A stretch of DNA of 56,735 nucleotides from an uncultured Dechloromonas sp. (lineage in GTDB: Bacteria > Pseudomonadota > Gammaproteobacteria > Burkholderiales > Rhodocyclaceae). Where the stretch lies: NCBI GenBank assembly GCA_964555315.1, contig CAZKSD010000001.1, forward strand, positions 1 through 56,735, in the 5' to 3' direction. Shown here piece after piece: positions 38,465 to 47,967 of this stretch (the first letter of the stretch is position 1; the number at the start of each line of letters is the position of its first letter). The notes under the pieces are model-generated. The model saw nothing but the letters and a program-made list of their open reading frames with translations. It did not search any database and had not been told where the DNA came from. The translations under genes were made by a program, and so were the position numbers.

Positions 38465-39769
38465 TTAGACTTTCCGGATAACGCCGGTAGCGGCCAATTC
38501 CGCGGCAGCCCCGGCGACAATCTCGAATTTCAGACCGGAACGTTCAGCGATATCCAGCAAATCGTGTTGGCCGTTGGCCTGATTCAAGACCCACAATATC
38601 GCCAATTGTCGTTGTTCTGGGTTCCCATGCCCACCAGTCGTTCGATACAGGCCGCGCTTCCCGAGTTGTGGCTCGCAATATGGAAAGTTGCTCTGATACA
38701 CCTGGTTGTTTTCTATAAGGGCGAATATGGCACAGTACGCTGCGAGTGAGTCAGCCAAGGCACTTGGCGTAATCAGGCTCATGTTGTCTGCCGATGTGTG
38801 GTATTCGGGATACGCTCCGTTAGGCGTTCGCGTCAATCTGCCGACCGGGATGTTGATCCCCGGCGACGCAAACTGTCGTTCATCGTAGCCAAACGGGGAG
38901 AACTCGACGGTATGAAAGGGGATGTTCCGATGTCGCAAAACGTGCAGGGATGCGCGATCGATTAGCGCATTGGCTGCAGATGTCTTCTTGTAGGTCAATT
39001 GTCCTGAATCCCCAAGCAGTGCAGCAACCATCCCGAGCTTGATCTTTCCCAATTCAGATTGATTCTGGCTAAGCCAGCTTATGCATCCAATTGCGGCCGG
39101 TGCAAAGACGCAGCGATAGGTAAATCGCGGGGACGAATCGCCGAGAATTTTTGCCAGTTCAACAACTACCGCGATTCCCGACAGATTGTCATTTGCCAGC
39201 GATGGGTGGCAACAGTGCGCGAACAGCAGGATTTGCTCGTCCGACTCGCCGGGAATGATCAGTTCGCCATAAGTCAGCGCGCCGTGCTCGAGCGAGCTGT
39301 CGATGACGACTTCGTAGTCATCGTCGGGCATCGCTTCCAATTGACGCTGGGTAATACAAAATCCCCAGTTATCGTTGAAGTAACTGGTGCGATGGGGAAT
39401 CCAGTCAGGCATGTCGGGAAGGGTAAACAGATGTGGCCGCAAGTCCCCAAGGCGCATGCGTGCTTTCATCGGTATGCTGTAGTTGAGTACATGCAGATTG
39501 TGCCGCTGAAAATCGATGACCTTTTCGCCGTTTGAATTTAGGACATATGCATCGCGTATATTCCACTCGCGCGGTATGACCCAATCGAATACTGCGGTTC
39601 CGGTTGGAATCTCATGCAGTGTTAGCGGTATCTCTTCCTGGAGTATTTGCAACGTTTTCCGCAAACCGTTTCCTGTGATGCTCCTACAAATCGGATACAG
39701 CCTTTCGGCGAGCGCATACATGCGCTCGCCTAGCTCTGAGAAGTTGCCACTGGAATTCAGGGGAAGCAT
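38465..39769 (-). CDS. DUF4910 aminopeptidase-like (M28-fold) protein with C-terminal wHTH
   Basis: ICRSITGNG.R.TL, HCCHPSLANDNLSG, GYDERQF.SPG, YPEYHTSADN, EPQLGKRGLY. Confidence 0.88.
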   Translation of the reverse strand: MLPLNSSGNFSELGERMYALAERLYPICRSITGNGLRKTLQILQEEIPLTLHEIPTGTAVFDWVIPREWNIRDAYVLNSNGEKVIDFQRHNLHVLNYSIPMKARMRLGDLRPHLFTLPDMPDWIPHRTSYFNDNWGFCITQRQLEAMPDDDYEVVIDSSLEHGALTYGELIIPGESDEQILLFAHCCHPSLANDNLSGIAVVVELAKILGDSSPRFTYRCVFAPAAIGCISWLSQNQSELGKIKLGMVAALLGDSGQLTYKKTSAANALIDRASLHVLRHRNIPFHTVEFSPFGYDERQFASPGINIPVGRLTRTPNGAYPEYHTSADNMSLITPSALADSLAAYCAIFALIENNQVYQSNFPYCEPQLGKRGLYRTTGGHGNPEQRQLAILWVLNQANGQHDLLDIAERSGLKFEIVAGAAAELAATGVIRKV

Positions 39770-39785
39770 TGTGCGGGCGAGTTAG

Positions 39786-40962
39786 GGAAACTCTGCATAA
39801 CTTCCCGTCATGCAGTGTAATTTGAGAAAATAGCGCCATTGTCATGGCGCCCACGAAACCGATGAAAGCGATGAAGCAACTGAGTCTGGCCGAGACGGGA
39901 TTTCTGCCCAAGGCTGGCAAGCAAACCCGGAAAGCCGTGTTCCTGGCGGAGATGGAAACGGTGGTGCCGTGGTCTCGTCTTGAGGCGTTGATCGAACCGT
40001 TCTACCCCCAGAAAGGCAACGGGCGTCCGCCGATGCTGTTGAGCACGATGCTGCGCATTCACTTCCTGCAACAGTGGTTCGGCTACTCCGATCCGGCGAT
40101 GGAAGAAACCCTGCACGATGTTCCCCTGCTGCGCCGGTTTGCCGGGCTGGACGCCTTCGAAGACGCGATGCCGGACGAAAGCACGATCCTGCGCTTCCGT
40201 CACCTGCTGGAACAACATGAACTGGCGGCGCTCCTCTTTGCCGAGGTCAATACGGTACTGAGCGAGAAAGGCCTGAGCATGAAGCGGGGCTCCGTCGTCG
40301 ATGCCACGCTGATTGCCGCGCCCAGTTCCACCAAGAACCGGGACAAGCAGCGCGACCCCGAGATGAGCCAGACCAGGAAGGGCAACCAGTGGTACTTCGG
40401 CATGAAAGCCCATATCGGCGTCGATGCCGAAAGCGGCCTGATTCATACCGTCGAATGCACGACCGCCAAGGTCGCCGACAACGTCATGCTCAAAGACTGC
40501 CTGCACGGTGACGAGAAAATCGTCTTCGCTGATCGTGGTTATCACCAGAACAACCGCACCATCGAGCACCTTGCCGCCGAAGAGGGGCTGGCCATTCTGG
40601 TACCGACCAAGAAACCCAAAGGTGGCGAACTGACTGAGCAACAGAAGAAGTCCAACCGGATTTTGTCGGCCATTCGCGCTGTCGTTGAGCATCCGTTCCG
40701 GGTAATCAAGCGGCAATTCGGCTTCACCAAGGTCCGCTATCGCGGACTCAAGAAGAACACCGGGCAAATCGTCACGCTGTTCGCCCTCTCCAATCTGTGG
40801 ATGGCGCGTCATCGTTTGCTGCCCGCAACAGGCGAGGTGCGCCCGTGATACGGAAAATGAGGGGTAAACCCTCCTCTTCTTGCGGTCAACGGGCAAAATC
40901 GGCTCATTTTTCAGCATCTATATGACAGGACATCCGGAAATGACGGCTTGTTCAGATAATCC
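39786..40962 (+). mobile_element. Complete IS5-family element (1177 bp) with TTAG target duplication
   Basis: Ends ggaaactctgcataa / ttgttcagataatcc form an imperfect IR. TTAG at 39782-39785 and 40963-40966 fits the IS5 YTAR target. Confidence 0.9.
39844..40848 (+). CDS. IS5-family DDE transposase
   Basis: VVPW..L..LIEPFYP, PDESTILRFRHLLE, VDAT, FGMKAHIGVD, ADRGY, RAVVEHPF. Confidence 0.95.
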   Translation: MAPTKPMKAMKQLSLAETGFLPKAGKQTRKAVFLAEMETVVPWSRLEALIEPFYPQKGNGRPPMLLSTMLRIHFLQQWFGYSDPAMEETLHDVPLLRRFAGLDAFEDAMPDESTILRFRHLLEQHELAALLFAEVNTVLSEKGLSMKRGSVVDATLIAAPSSTKNRDKQRDPEMSQTRKGNQWYFGMKAHIGVDAESGLIHTVECTTAKVADNVMLKDCLHGDEKIVFADRGYHQNNRTIEHLAAEEGLAILVPTKKPKGGELTEQQKKSNRILSAIRAVVEHPFRVIKRQFGFTKVRYRGLKKNTGQIVTLFALSNLWMARHRLLPATGEVRP

Positions 40963-41997
40963 TTAGTAGCGCCAGAAGAACTCGTCGTCAATCTGTTGTG
41001 TTGAGATCAGGTGTTTCAGTTGCTTCAACCGCGTAAAAGCACGGAAATCGAAACCGCTTTGATCCATGTTAATGCGCGAGAATATCTCGTGCAGTTGTGC
41101 TGCACCCTTTCTAGCGTCCCAGGCGCAACTGAAGCCGGGCAACTGATTATGGATTTTGTCGAAGCTGACCCGATAGCTGCGATTGTCACCGGCGCTGGAC
41201 CCCATGGAAAGCTCACAGCCGGGAAACTCTGCGGCGACGATTTCTGCGATCTCGCGAACACGATAATTGGCGGCGTTGTCGCCAACGTTGAATATCTGAT
41301 TGTGAATGTTGTCGCGTGGGGCTTCCAGCGCGCAACGAACGGCAGTGCAGATATCCAACACATGAACCAGTGGGCGCCAAGGAGTACCGTCGCTGGTCAT
41401 GGCTATTTTTTTCGATGTCCAGGCCAGTCCAGCGAGATTGTTGAGAACGATGTCAAAGCGCATGCGTGGTGATCCGCCATACGCGGTCGAGTTGCGGAGG
41501 AACACCGGGCTGAAACTATCATCGGCGAGTTGGCCGACATCCCTTTCAACCAGCGTCTTACATTCAGCATAAGCCGTCTGGGGATTGACTGGTGATTCCT
41601 CGGTGAGAAAATCGCCAGAACCCAAGCCGTATACGCTGCACGAGGATGTATATATGAATCGGGAGACTCCGGCACGCTTGGCATTGTTTGCCAGATTTAC
41701 CGAGCCCGCATGGTTGATGCGATGGGTGAGGGCGGGATTATTCTGGCCCAAGGGGTCGTTGGACAGTTCCGCCATATGGATGACGGCATCGTATCCGGAA
41801 AGATCGGCCTCGGTGAGATTGCGCAAATCGCGATTGACGAATCTCGGAAAACAGGATCCGGTTTTGCTGTCGCTATAGAGCCAGCCGTCGCGATAGAATC
41901 CGGTGTCGGTGCCGACAACGTCGTGGCCGTATTGCATTAGCAGTGGAGCAAGCAAGCTCCCGATATAACCTTCAACTCCCGTTACTAAGACCTTCAT
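40963..41997 (-). CDS. NAD-dependent sugar epimerase/dehydratase
   Basis: MKVLVTGVEGYIG, HMAELSNDP, SSCSVYG, YAECK. ATG 41997 follows AGGAAG. Confidence 0.92.
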   Translation of the reverse strand: MKVLVTGVEGYIGSLLAPLLMQYGHDVVGTDTGFYRDGWLYSDSKTGSCFPRFVNRDLRNLTEADLSGYDAVIHMAELSNDPLGQNNPALTHRINHAGSVNLANNAKRAGVSRFIYTSSCSVYGLGSGDFLTEESPVNPQTAYAECKTLVERDVGQLADDSFSPVFLRNSTAYGGSPRMRFDIVLNNLAGLAWTSKKIAMTSDGTPWRPLVHVLDICTAVRCALEAPRDNIHNQIFNVGDNAANYRVREIAEIVAAEFPGCELSMGSSAGDNRSYRVSFDKIHNQLPGFSCAWDARKGAAQLHEIFSRINMDQSGFDFRAFTRLKQLKHLISTQQIDDEFFWRY

Positions 41998-42041
41998 GTT
42001 TTTCTTCCTAATAAGAATGAATAATACCGACGAAATCTGAA

Positions 42042-43292
42042 TTATGGATACACTTTCGCTTCGGGAATGGGGACGACGAACTTGCCGCCCCACTCGCGAA
42101 CGTAGCTCATTTGCTGCATGATCTCTTCCCTTAGGTTCCAGGGTAACAACAACAGATAATCAGGCTTGGTTTCATGAATCTGCTCCGGTGCGTGGATGGG
42201 AATATGCGTTCCCGGAGTAAATTTACCTTGCTTGTATGGATTGCGGTCAACGGTGTAGTCAATAAAGTCCTGACGGATTCCGCAGTAATTCAGCAGGGTA
42301 TTTCCCTTGCCGGGGGCTCCGTACCCAACTACGGATTTTCCTTCGCGTTTGGCTTGGATCAGGAATTCCAATAGTTTGCGTTTGGTTTCTTTGACCTGTT
42401 CGGTGAACCCAAGGTAAGTCTCGGGGCGATCAAAGCCCGCCTGCAATTCACGAGCGCGTAATTCCATGGCACGTTCGCCAACGGGTTTGCTGCTGTCCTC
42501 CGCATGGCGCCCATATATTCGCAGGGAACCACCGTGGGTCGGCAATTCCTCCACATCGAACAAGGTTATTCCGTGTGCGGCAAAGACCTTTTCGACGGTC
42601 ACGAAGGAGAAGTACGAAAAATGCTCATGATATATGGTATCGAACTGATTTTCCTGCATGAGTCGCAGTAGGTGCGGGAACTCCATGGTGATGACACCCT
42701 GCGGACCCAGCAGGATCTTCATCCCGGCGACGAAGTCGTTGAGCTTGGGAACGTGTGCCAGCACATTGTTTCCCAACAACAAATCGGCATGTCCGAACTC
42801 GCTGACCATCTCTTGCGCCGTTTCGCGACCAAAGAATTTCACGACCGATTTGACGCCTTTGGCGAGAGCGGCTTGCGCCACGTTGGCCGCTGGTTCAACT
42901 CCTAGGCATGGAATATTCTTGGCGACAAAGTGTTGAAGGAGATAGCCGTCATTGCTGGCAATCTCGACAACGCGAGATGACTCACCCAATCGGAACCGTT
43001 CAGTAACCAGATCAACATAGCGTTTTGCATGGTCGACCCAGCTATCGGCAAATGACGAGAAATATGCGTATTCACTGAATATGTCGTCGGGGGTGACAAA
43101 CTCATCAAGCTGGACCAGGTAACATTTGTTGCATACGTATGTGCGCAGGGGATAGAACGGCTCCATGTGATTCAGTTGCGCCGGTGTGATATGTGTCTGG
43201 CAAAGCGGCGACATCCCCAAATCGACGAATACCTGTTCCAGTGGAGCATCGCAAAATCGACACTGCGAAGATGGGTTGTGCTGATCTGTCAT
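42042..43292 (-). CDS. NDP-hexose C-methyltransferase (class I SAM, Zn-binding N-terminus)
   Basis: CRFC..C..C, EIASNDGYLL, NNVLAHVP, FDTIYHEHFSY, THGGSLR, YGAPGKGNTLLN. Confidence 0.92.
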   Translation of the reverse strand: MTDQHNPSSQCRFCDAPLEQVFVDLGMSPLCQTHITPAQLNHMEPFYPLRTYVCNKCYLVQLDEFVTPDDIFSEYAYFSSFADSWVDHAKRYVDLVTERFRLGESSRVVEIASNDGYLLQHFVAKNIPCLGVEPAANVAQAALAKGVKSVVKFFGRETAQEMVSEFGHADLLLGNNVLAHVPKLNDFVAGMKILLGPQGVITMEFPHLLRLMQENQFDTIYHEHFSYFSFVTVEKVFAAHGITLFDVEELPTHGGSLRIYGRHAEDSSKPVGERAMELRARELQAGFDRPETYLGFTEQVKETKRKLLEFLIQAKREGKSVVGYGAPGKGNTLLNYCGIRQDFIDYTVDRNPYKQGKFTPGTHIPIHAPEQIHETKPDYLLLLPWNLREEIMQQMSYVREWGGKFVVPIPEAKVYP

Positions 43293-43387
43293 GGCATTCC
43301 TTTCGTGAGCCGGATTGAAGGATGACTTACTTGTGGCGCGGTCAACAATGTGTTGGACGGGATGACCTGTCTTAGGCCTTATTCAGT

Positions 43388-45706
43388 TTAGATGAGGTAC
43401 CAATGGTGAATCCAGAATCCCAGTGCGATCCATCCCCCTAATGGAGCAAGCTGGAGCCAAGTTCGCTCTCTGATAATGTTCCTGGCAGCCAGAATGCCGA
43501 CTTCCGTTGCCAGCCACAACATCGCAATCATCACATATAGGCGGAAATGATATGCAGACAAGTCACGCCAAGGCGGGTAACGATCGATTGCATCATTCAT
43601 GGCTGAACGGAGTGCAACCTGTCTTTCCACCATATCAGGTGGATCATCAACCGTGAGGGAAACCGTCTCAGCGGATTGCGTGATGGACACTTTCCGTGCT
43701 TTCCGTTCAATTATCACGTCACCCCCGGAGTGCCTTAGGCCGACCCGCCAATCTTCACTGTCATTTTTTGCAAACGAGTGAATTGACGACACGTCTGACG
43801 ATTCAGAGATTTCGATTAGGGTCGCCATCGCTGCATTGCGGCCTCGATGGATTACCCGGACGGCATCGGATGGCTGCGGTAAGCCCCGAGATACGACCCA
43901 GCCAGCGAATGGGGTACTGGAGCCTCTTAAGAGCGCAACCTCTGGGTCGACGTTACTTGCCAACTCAATGTGAAGGTCATGACCGTTTTCGGCGGCGCTG
44001 CCTGCAAATTTGAGTTTGTCAATTTGACGAAGGGTAAGCCGCGGATCAGTCGTCCAGATTGTTTCTGTTCCGCCATCTGATCCAGATATGTCGTCGACGA
44101 CGATCAGTCGTTCAGCGGACAATTGGACAACCTGACGCCGAACGCACATTCCGTGGCGGCGACAGACTTCGATATCCAATGCGCGTAAGGGCCCCTTATT
44201 TCCTGCTCCCAGGAGGCGCGCCTGTCGAGGCGAGCCCGCTGGCTCCCCAATGGAATGCGGTGCATTTGATCCGGCCCAGCCATTTGCTTCTTCAAACCCT
44301 TCGCGTCCGTAAGGCCAATAGCCGGTCGCCGTGATCCAATCGTACCCGTGAGACCAGACACTCAGGCTCGGCTCGTCGGCGTGTTTATGTCCATGCCGAA
44401 GGTGATTTGCCCAAGCGACAACTGTCTGGGTTGGTGCGGGAGAACCTGACCACCAGAGTGCATAGCCCGAGATTGGAAAGAGAGCGGCCGTTTCGGATGG
44501 TGGCGAAAAAGGGGCCGCGAAGCTGTTAGGTTTGCTCGTTTCGACATCAGGGATGACCGTCAGGGTTTGATGACTGCCGACGTCTGTGTTGCCAAACGCT
44601 GGAAGAGTGCCATCCGGACGAAGAAGCAACCTGCTGAATTGTCCGGTACTCTCAACTGCTTCTAGCAAACGCGCTGATGGGGTCATTCCGTTGAGTCTGA
44701 CGAGTCGCGCTGCGGTGGCCAGAAGATGAGTTCCCAGCAGATGGTATCCTGCAGAGTGTTCGAGCACGACGCCTTCTTCCGAAACATAATAGCCCAACTG
44801 CAACTCGAGGCGTTGAATCGCGAGATCTCGCCAAAATTCGCTCTTCGGCAGGAGCGGAAATGCGGCCGCTATCTGCAGGAGGGCAATATTCTGCATGACG
44901 CCGTGGTTCGTTCGGACAGTGAACAATTTCGGCTTGGCAAGCAGTTCACCGCTCCTCATGGCGAGACCGACCAACGCCTCTTTCTGGACGGAGGTGGCAT
45001 CCGCGTCGCCCCGCAAGTGTTTCCACAAACTCACGATCACGGAAACCCTGGCGGCAATCGCGTGATCATTCCAAAGGAAGCCAATAGGGTCCCGCTGCTG
45101 CGCTTCCCAGTCTGCGAAGGCCAGAATACGGTCGCGGGCGGCCTGATAATAGCGGCGGTCCCCCGAGCGTTCAAATTCCTTCAGGAGCAGATTCTCGTGT
45201 TCCAGGCTCGCCAAGGTCAGTTGAAATGACGGCCCGCCATGCAACAGGTCATCCGGCCAGCCGACGAGAGGGATGGGTCCGGAGTGGAGCCCAGGAGCAA
45301 TCAGTTGCCCCTCGAGCAATTTGTCTGCGATGCCCTTCCTTCGAGAATCGGAAACGGCAAACAAGATTCCCAGCGAAATGGCAGCAACTTCATCAAGGAT
45401 ATCCCTGACTGGAACCGTATCTAGCTTGTCGACAATCTCGCTCGACGGACTCGCACGATCAATCGAAAAGGTGAAGTGGTGAGGAAGATGAATTGAACAG
45501 ATCAGGAGCAAAGGAAAAACGATGCGCACCATAAAGAAAAAGGCGCTCGAGTGCGCGGACATCATAGGCGGAGCCTTTGCACCAACATGTGTTGGGGTCC
45601 CATCGACAGTTCTTGAGAAAGGTTTCGCCATTTTTTCGAAAGACAATCGTTGTAGTGACTGGCACCACGAATCAGGAGATCGGGAATCCGTTGGTTTGGA
45701 GGACAT
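43388..45706 (-). CDS. Membrane-anchored heparinase II/III-like polysaccharide lyase
   Basis: TNHGVMQ, EHSAGYH, PDGTLPAFGNT, HKHADE. Hydrophobic segments at both ends. Start uncertain (45706 or 45565). Confidence 0.78.
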   Translation of the reverse strand: MSSKPTDSRSPDSWCQSLQRLSFEKMAKPFSRTVDGTPTHVGAKAPPMMSAHSSAFFFMVRIVFPLLLICSIHLPHHFTFSIDRASPSSEIVDKLDTVPVRDILDEVAAISLGILFAVSDSRRKGIADKLLEGQLIAPGLHSGPIPLVGWPDDLLHGGPSFQLTLASLEHENLLLKEFERSGDRRYYQAARDRILAFADWEAQQRDPIGFLWNDHAIAARVSVIVSLWKHLRGDADATSVQKEALVGLAMRSGELLAKPKLFTVRTNHGVMQNIALLQIAAAFPLLPKSEFWRDLAIQRLELQLGYYVSEEGVVLEHSAGYHLLGTHLLATAARLVRLNGMTPSARLLEAVESTGQFSRLLLRPDGTLPAFGNTDVGSHQTLTVIPDVETSKPNSFAAPFSPPSETAALFPISGYALWWSGSPAPTQTVVAWANHLRHGHKHADEPSLSVWSHGYDWITATGYWPYGREGFEEANGWAGSNAPHSIGEPAGSPRQARLLGAGNKGPLRALDIEVCRRHGMCVRRQVVQLSAERLIVVDDISGSDGGTETIWTTDPRLTLRQIDKLKFAGSAAENGHDLHIELASNVDPEVALLRGSSTPFAGWVVSRGLPQPSDAVRVIHRGRNAAMATLIEISESSDVSSIHSFAKNDSEDWRVGLRHSGGDVIIERKARKVSITQSAETVSLTVDDPPDMVERQVALRSAMNDAIDRYPPWRDLSAYHFRLYVMIAMLWLATEVGILAARNIIRERTWLQLAPLGGWIALGFWIHHWYLI

Positions 45707-45718
45707 AGAGGTGAGAAT

Positions 45719-46702
45719 TCATCGGCTTGCCTTCTGATCGAAACGATGAGCTTCGTTGCGGAGATGCATCTGAAAGAGCCTTGCGCAAAAACGGAAACGA
45801 GTGCGGTCCCAAGGGGTAAAACGTGGAATCTGCATGGGATCGGTAGCGTTATCTGCAACGCCCCAGGCTGTTGTCACCGCTGCATCAAAACCCAAATCTC
45901 TAATGACTTCCACTTCCGACATCCGATAATCCAGGTCCGGCTTCCCGTTCGGATAGGCAAACAGGCCGATTCGTTCCTGCAGGAGGTTTTCCAGAAAGCA
46001 CTTGCTGCCAGCCACTTCGTCCCAAACCGCTTTGGACTCGAGGTTCGCAAGAATCGGATGACTAACGGTGTGGGCGCCAATCTGCATTCCGGCCTGGCGC
46101 ATGGCAATTACCTGATCACTGGTCATCATGAGATCGTTGCGCGGGGTGGCGTCGGTGATTGTGAGAATTTTTGAAACAGACTCATCGCGTTGTGAGGGGT
46201 TGACGTGCTTGATGTTGTGCAGTAGCTCGGAAATGCAGTGCCGAACTGAAGCAGCGTTTGAGAGATCGTGGCTACCCAATCCGATTGAGGAGAGATCCAG
46301 ATGGCTTGTCCGGCAATGACGGATCGCTTCGATGACCTTGTCGTTCCACATGGTGCCACCGTTCAGGTAGCCGGTTGAGATGAAAAACGTGGCGGTAAGA
46401 CCGAGCGATTCCAGGATTGGACGCGCTACGTGGAAATTGTCGGCATAGCCATCATCGAATGTAATGGAGGCCGCGCGGGGCGGCAGGGAACGTTCCGAAA
46501 GGCGTCGCACTGCATCGTCGAGTGGAAGTATGTTGAAGCACTGCTTGGCCCAGACCATCAGTTGGCTAAAGGTCGCAGCATCCGGATCCCAGTTGAGAAG
46601 TGGATCGGCTTCGCTCAAGACCCGATGGAATATGAGTATGGAAAGCCGCCCCTTGCTGCCACCTTGAGACACTGAGTGCATAAGCGGGAGCCAAGGACTC
46701 AT
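45719..46702 (-). CDS. Polysaccharide deacetylase (NodB/CE4), exosortase-locus type
   Basis: ILIFHRV, ITFDDGYADN, IGAHTVSHPIL, FAYPNG. Confidence 0.92.
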   Translation of the reverse strand: MSPWLPLMHSVSQGGSKGRLSILIFHRVLSEADPLLNWDPDAATFSQLMVWAKQCFNILPLDDAVRRLSERSLPPRAASITFDDGYADNFHVARPILESLGLTATFFISTGYLNGGTMWNDKVIEAIRHCRTSHLDLSSIGLGSHDLSNAASVRHCISELLHNIKHVNPSQRDESVSKILTITDATPRNDLMMTSDQVIAMRQAGMQIGAHTVSHPILANLESKAVWDEVAGSKCFLENLLQERIGLFAYPNGKPDLDYRMSEVEVIRDLGFDAAVTTAWGVADNATDPMQIPRFTPWDRTRFRFCARLFQMHLRNEAHRFDQKASR

Positions 46703-47967
46703 AGCGTAACACCGTCTCTCGATGGTTGTGCCGGCTCTTTCTTGGCTGTCAGTTGGTCAAGTTTGCTTATCGCCAGCATCAGGTAGTAGGGCATATCAAA
46801 ATATGCCAATCCGAGAAAAGCGCCACCAACTGCAAAGGCAACGATTGATGCTTTGGTCATCTGACCGAGCATGACATCCCTTGCGCCCTGTCCTGTATTG
46901 CCGTCACTTGATCGGATCACCCTAACAGCGCAACGCCAGACCGAGATTCCCATACCAAGAAACAGGAACAAGCCCACGAATCCATGTTGCCCCAATACTT
47001 GAAAATAAATGCTGTGAGGTCCCTGCATCAATGCGGTCTCGGTACTCAACCCATACTGAAAAAAATACTCAAACTTCACGTTTTCGAAACTGCTTCCGAA
47101 GAATCGGTCAAGCGCAAGATTAGAAGCCATCGTCCACGCATTGATGCGACCCATCGCAGATGTATCTTGCTCGTAGGATTCAATGGTCTTCATGCGCTCG
47201 AACCATTCAGCAGGCATGATGATCAGAACGAGGGCGATGGTTATGACGGCAGCCAACAAGAGGATTCCACGCTGCTTGCTCTTGACGATCAGAAAAACGC
47301 TCATTGCGGCAATAGCCAATAAGGCTCCTCGGGAATGACTGCCGATTGCTGAAATGGCGCATAACACCATCATTGCGAGCAAAGCATTCTTTATCCAGCG
47401 CCGTTCGCTAATGAAACGCAAGTAGTAAATCAGTGGAATGAGCATTATCAGTGCAAGTGCGAATTCGTTGTTTCCCCCGATGAAGCCGCCTGGGCCCCAA
47501 ACCAGGTAGGCTCCACCCTTGGCAATCGTGAACAGGCCGCCCTTCGCTCCCAGAAGACCGAGGGCAAGCACCAGCGCCCAGATCACCAGATCAACGTCCT
47601 TCCGGGTCAAGATAACTCCGCTGACCACGAACATGAAGAGGTTGATCTTCATTACCCGTTCCCACATTGGATAATTCTCTTCGAGTTGGAATGAGGCAAG
47701 GTAAGTAACGTTCATCCAGAGAGTGAAGAGAGCAAGCCAAATCAGCGGCTTCGACCAAGCGAAATGGAACTCGGAGCGGTGAGCCAGAATGCTCATCAAC
47801 AGACATAGACCGATCACCATTGCGACGGGAAGCTTGGCAGTCGCGTACCCAAGTTGGTGGATACTGGAGATACTTATAAATATCCATATTAGCGCCCCCC
47901 ATAGGGGTCTTTTCAGTGTGGCGACAATCGCAACGGCTATTAAGACGATAAGAACCAAGTCACGCAT
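46699..47967 (-). CDS. Putative O-glycosylation ligase/Wzy-like protein, exosortase A-associated
   Basis: MRDL start, multi-TM, KGGLFTI..GG, NNEFALAL, SRGALL, D.SAMGR..AW, HSIYFQVLG.HG. Confidence 0.88.
   Translation of the reverse strand: MRDLVLIVLIAVAIVATLKRPLWGALIWIFISISSIHQLGYATAKLPVAMVIGLCLLMSILAHRSEFHFAWSKPLIWLALFTLWMNVTYLASFQLEENYPMWERVMKINLFMFVVSGVILTRKDVDLVIWALVLALGLLGAKGGLFTIAKGGAYLVWGPGGFIGGNNEFALALIMLIPLIYYLRFISERRWIKNALLAMMVLCAISAIGSHSRGALLAIAAMSVFLIVKSKQRGILLLAAVITIALVLIIMPAEWFERMKTIESYEQDTSAMGRINAWTMASNLALDRFFGSSFENVKFEYFFQYGLSTETALMQGPHSIYFQVLGQHGFVGLFLFLGMGISVWRCAVRVIRSSDGNTGQGARDVMLGQMTKASIVAFAVGGAFLGLAYFDMPYYLMLAISKLDQLTAKKEPAQPSRDGVTL

Noticed and set aside
39808-40917. 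369-aa minus-strand ORF
   Set aside because: Antisense to the IS5 transposase; a typical shadow ORF.
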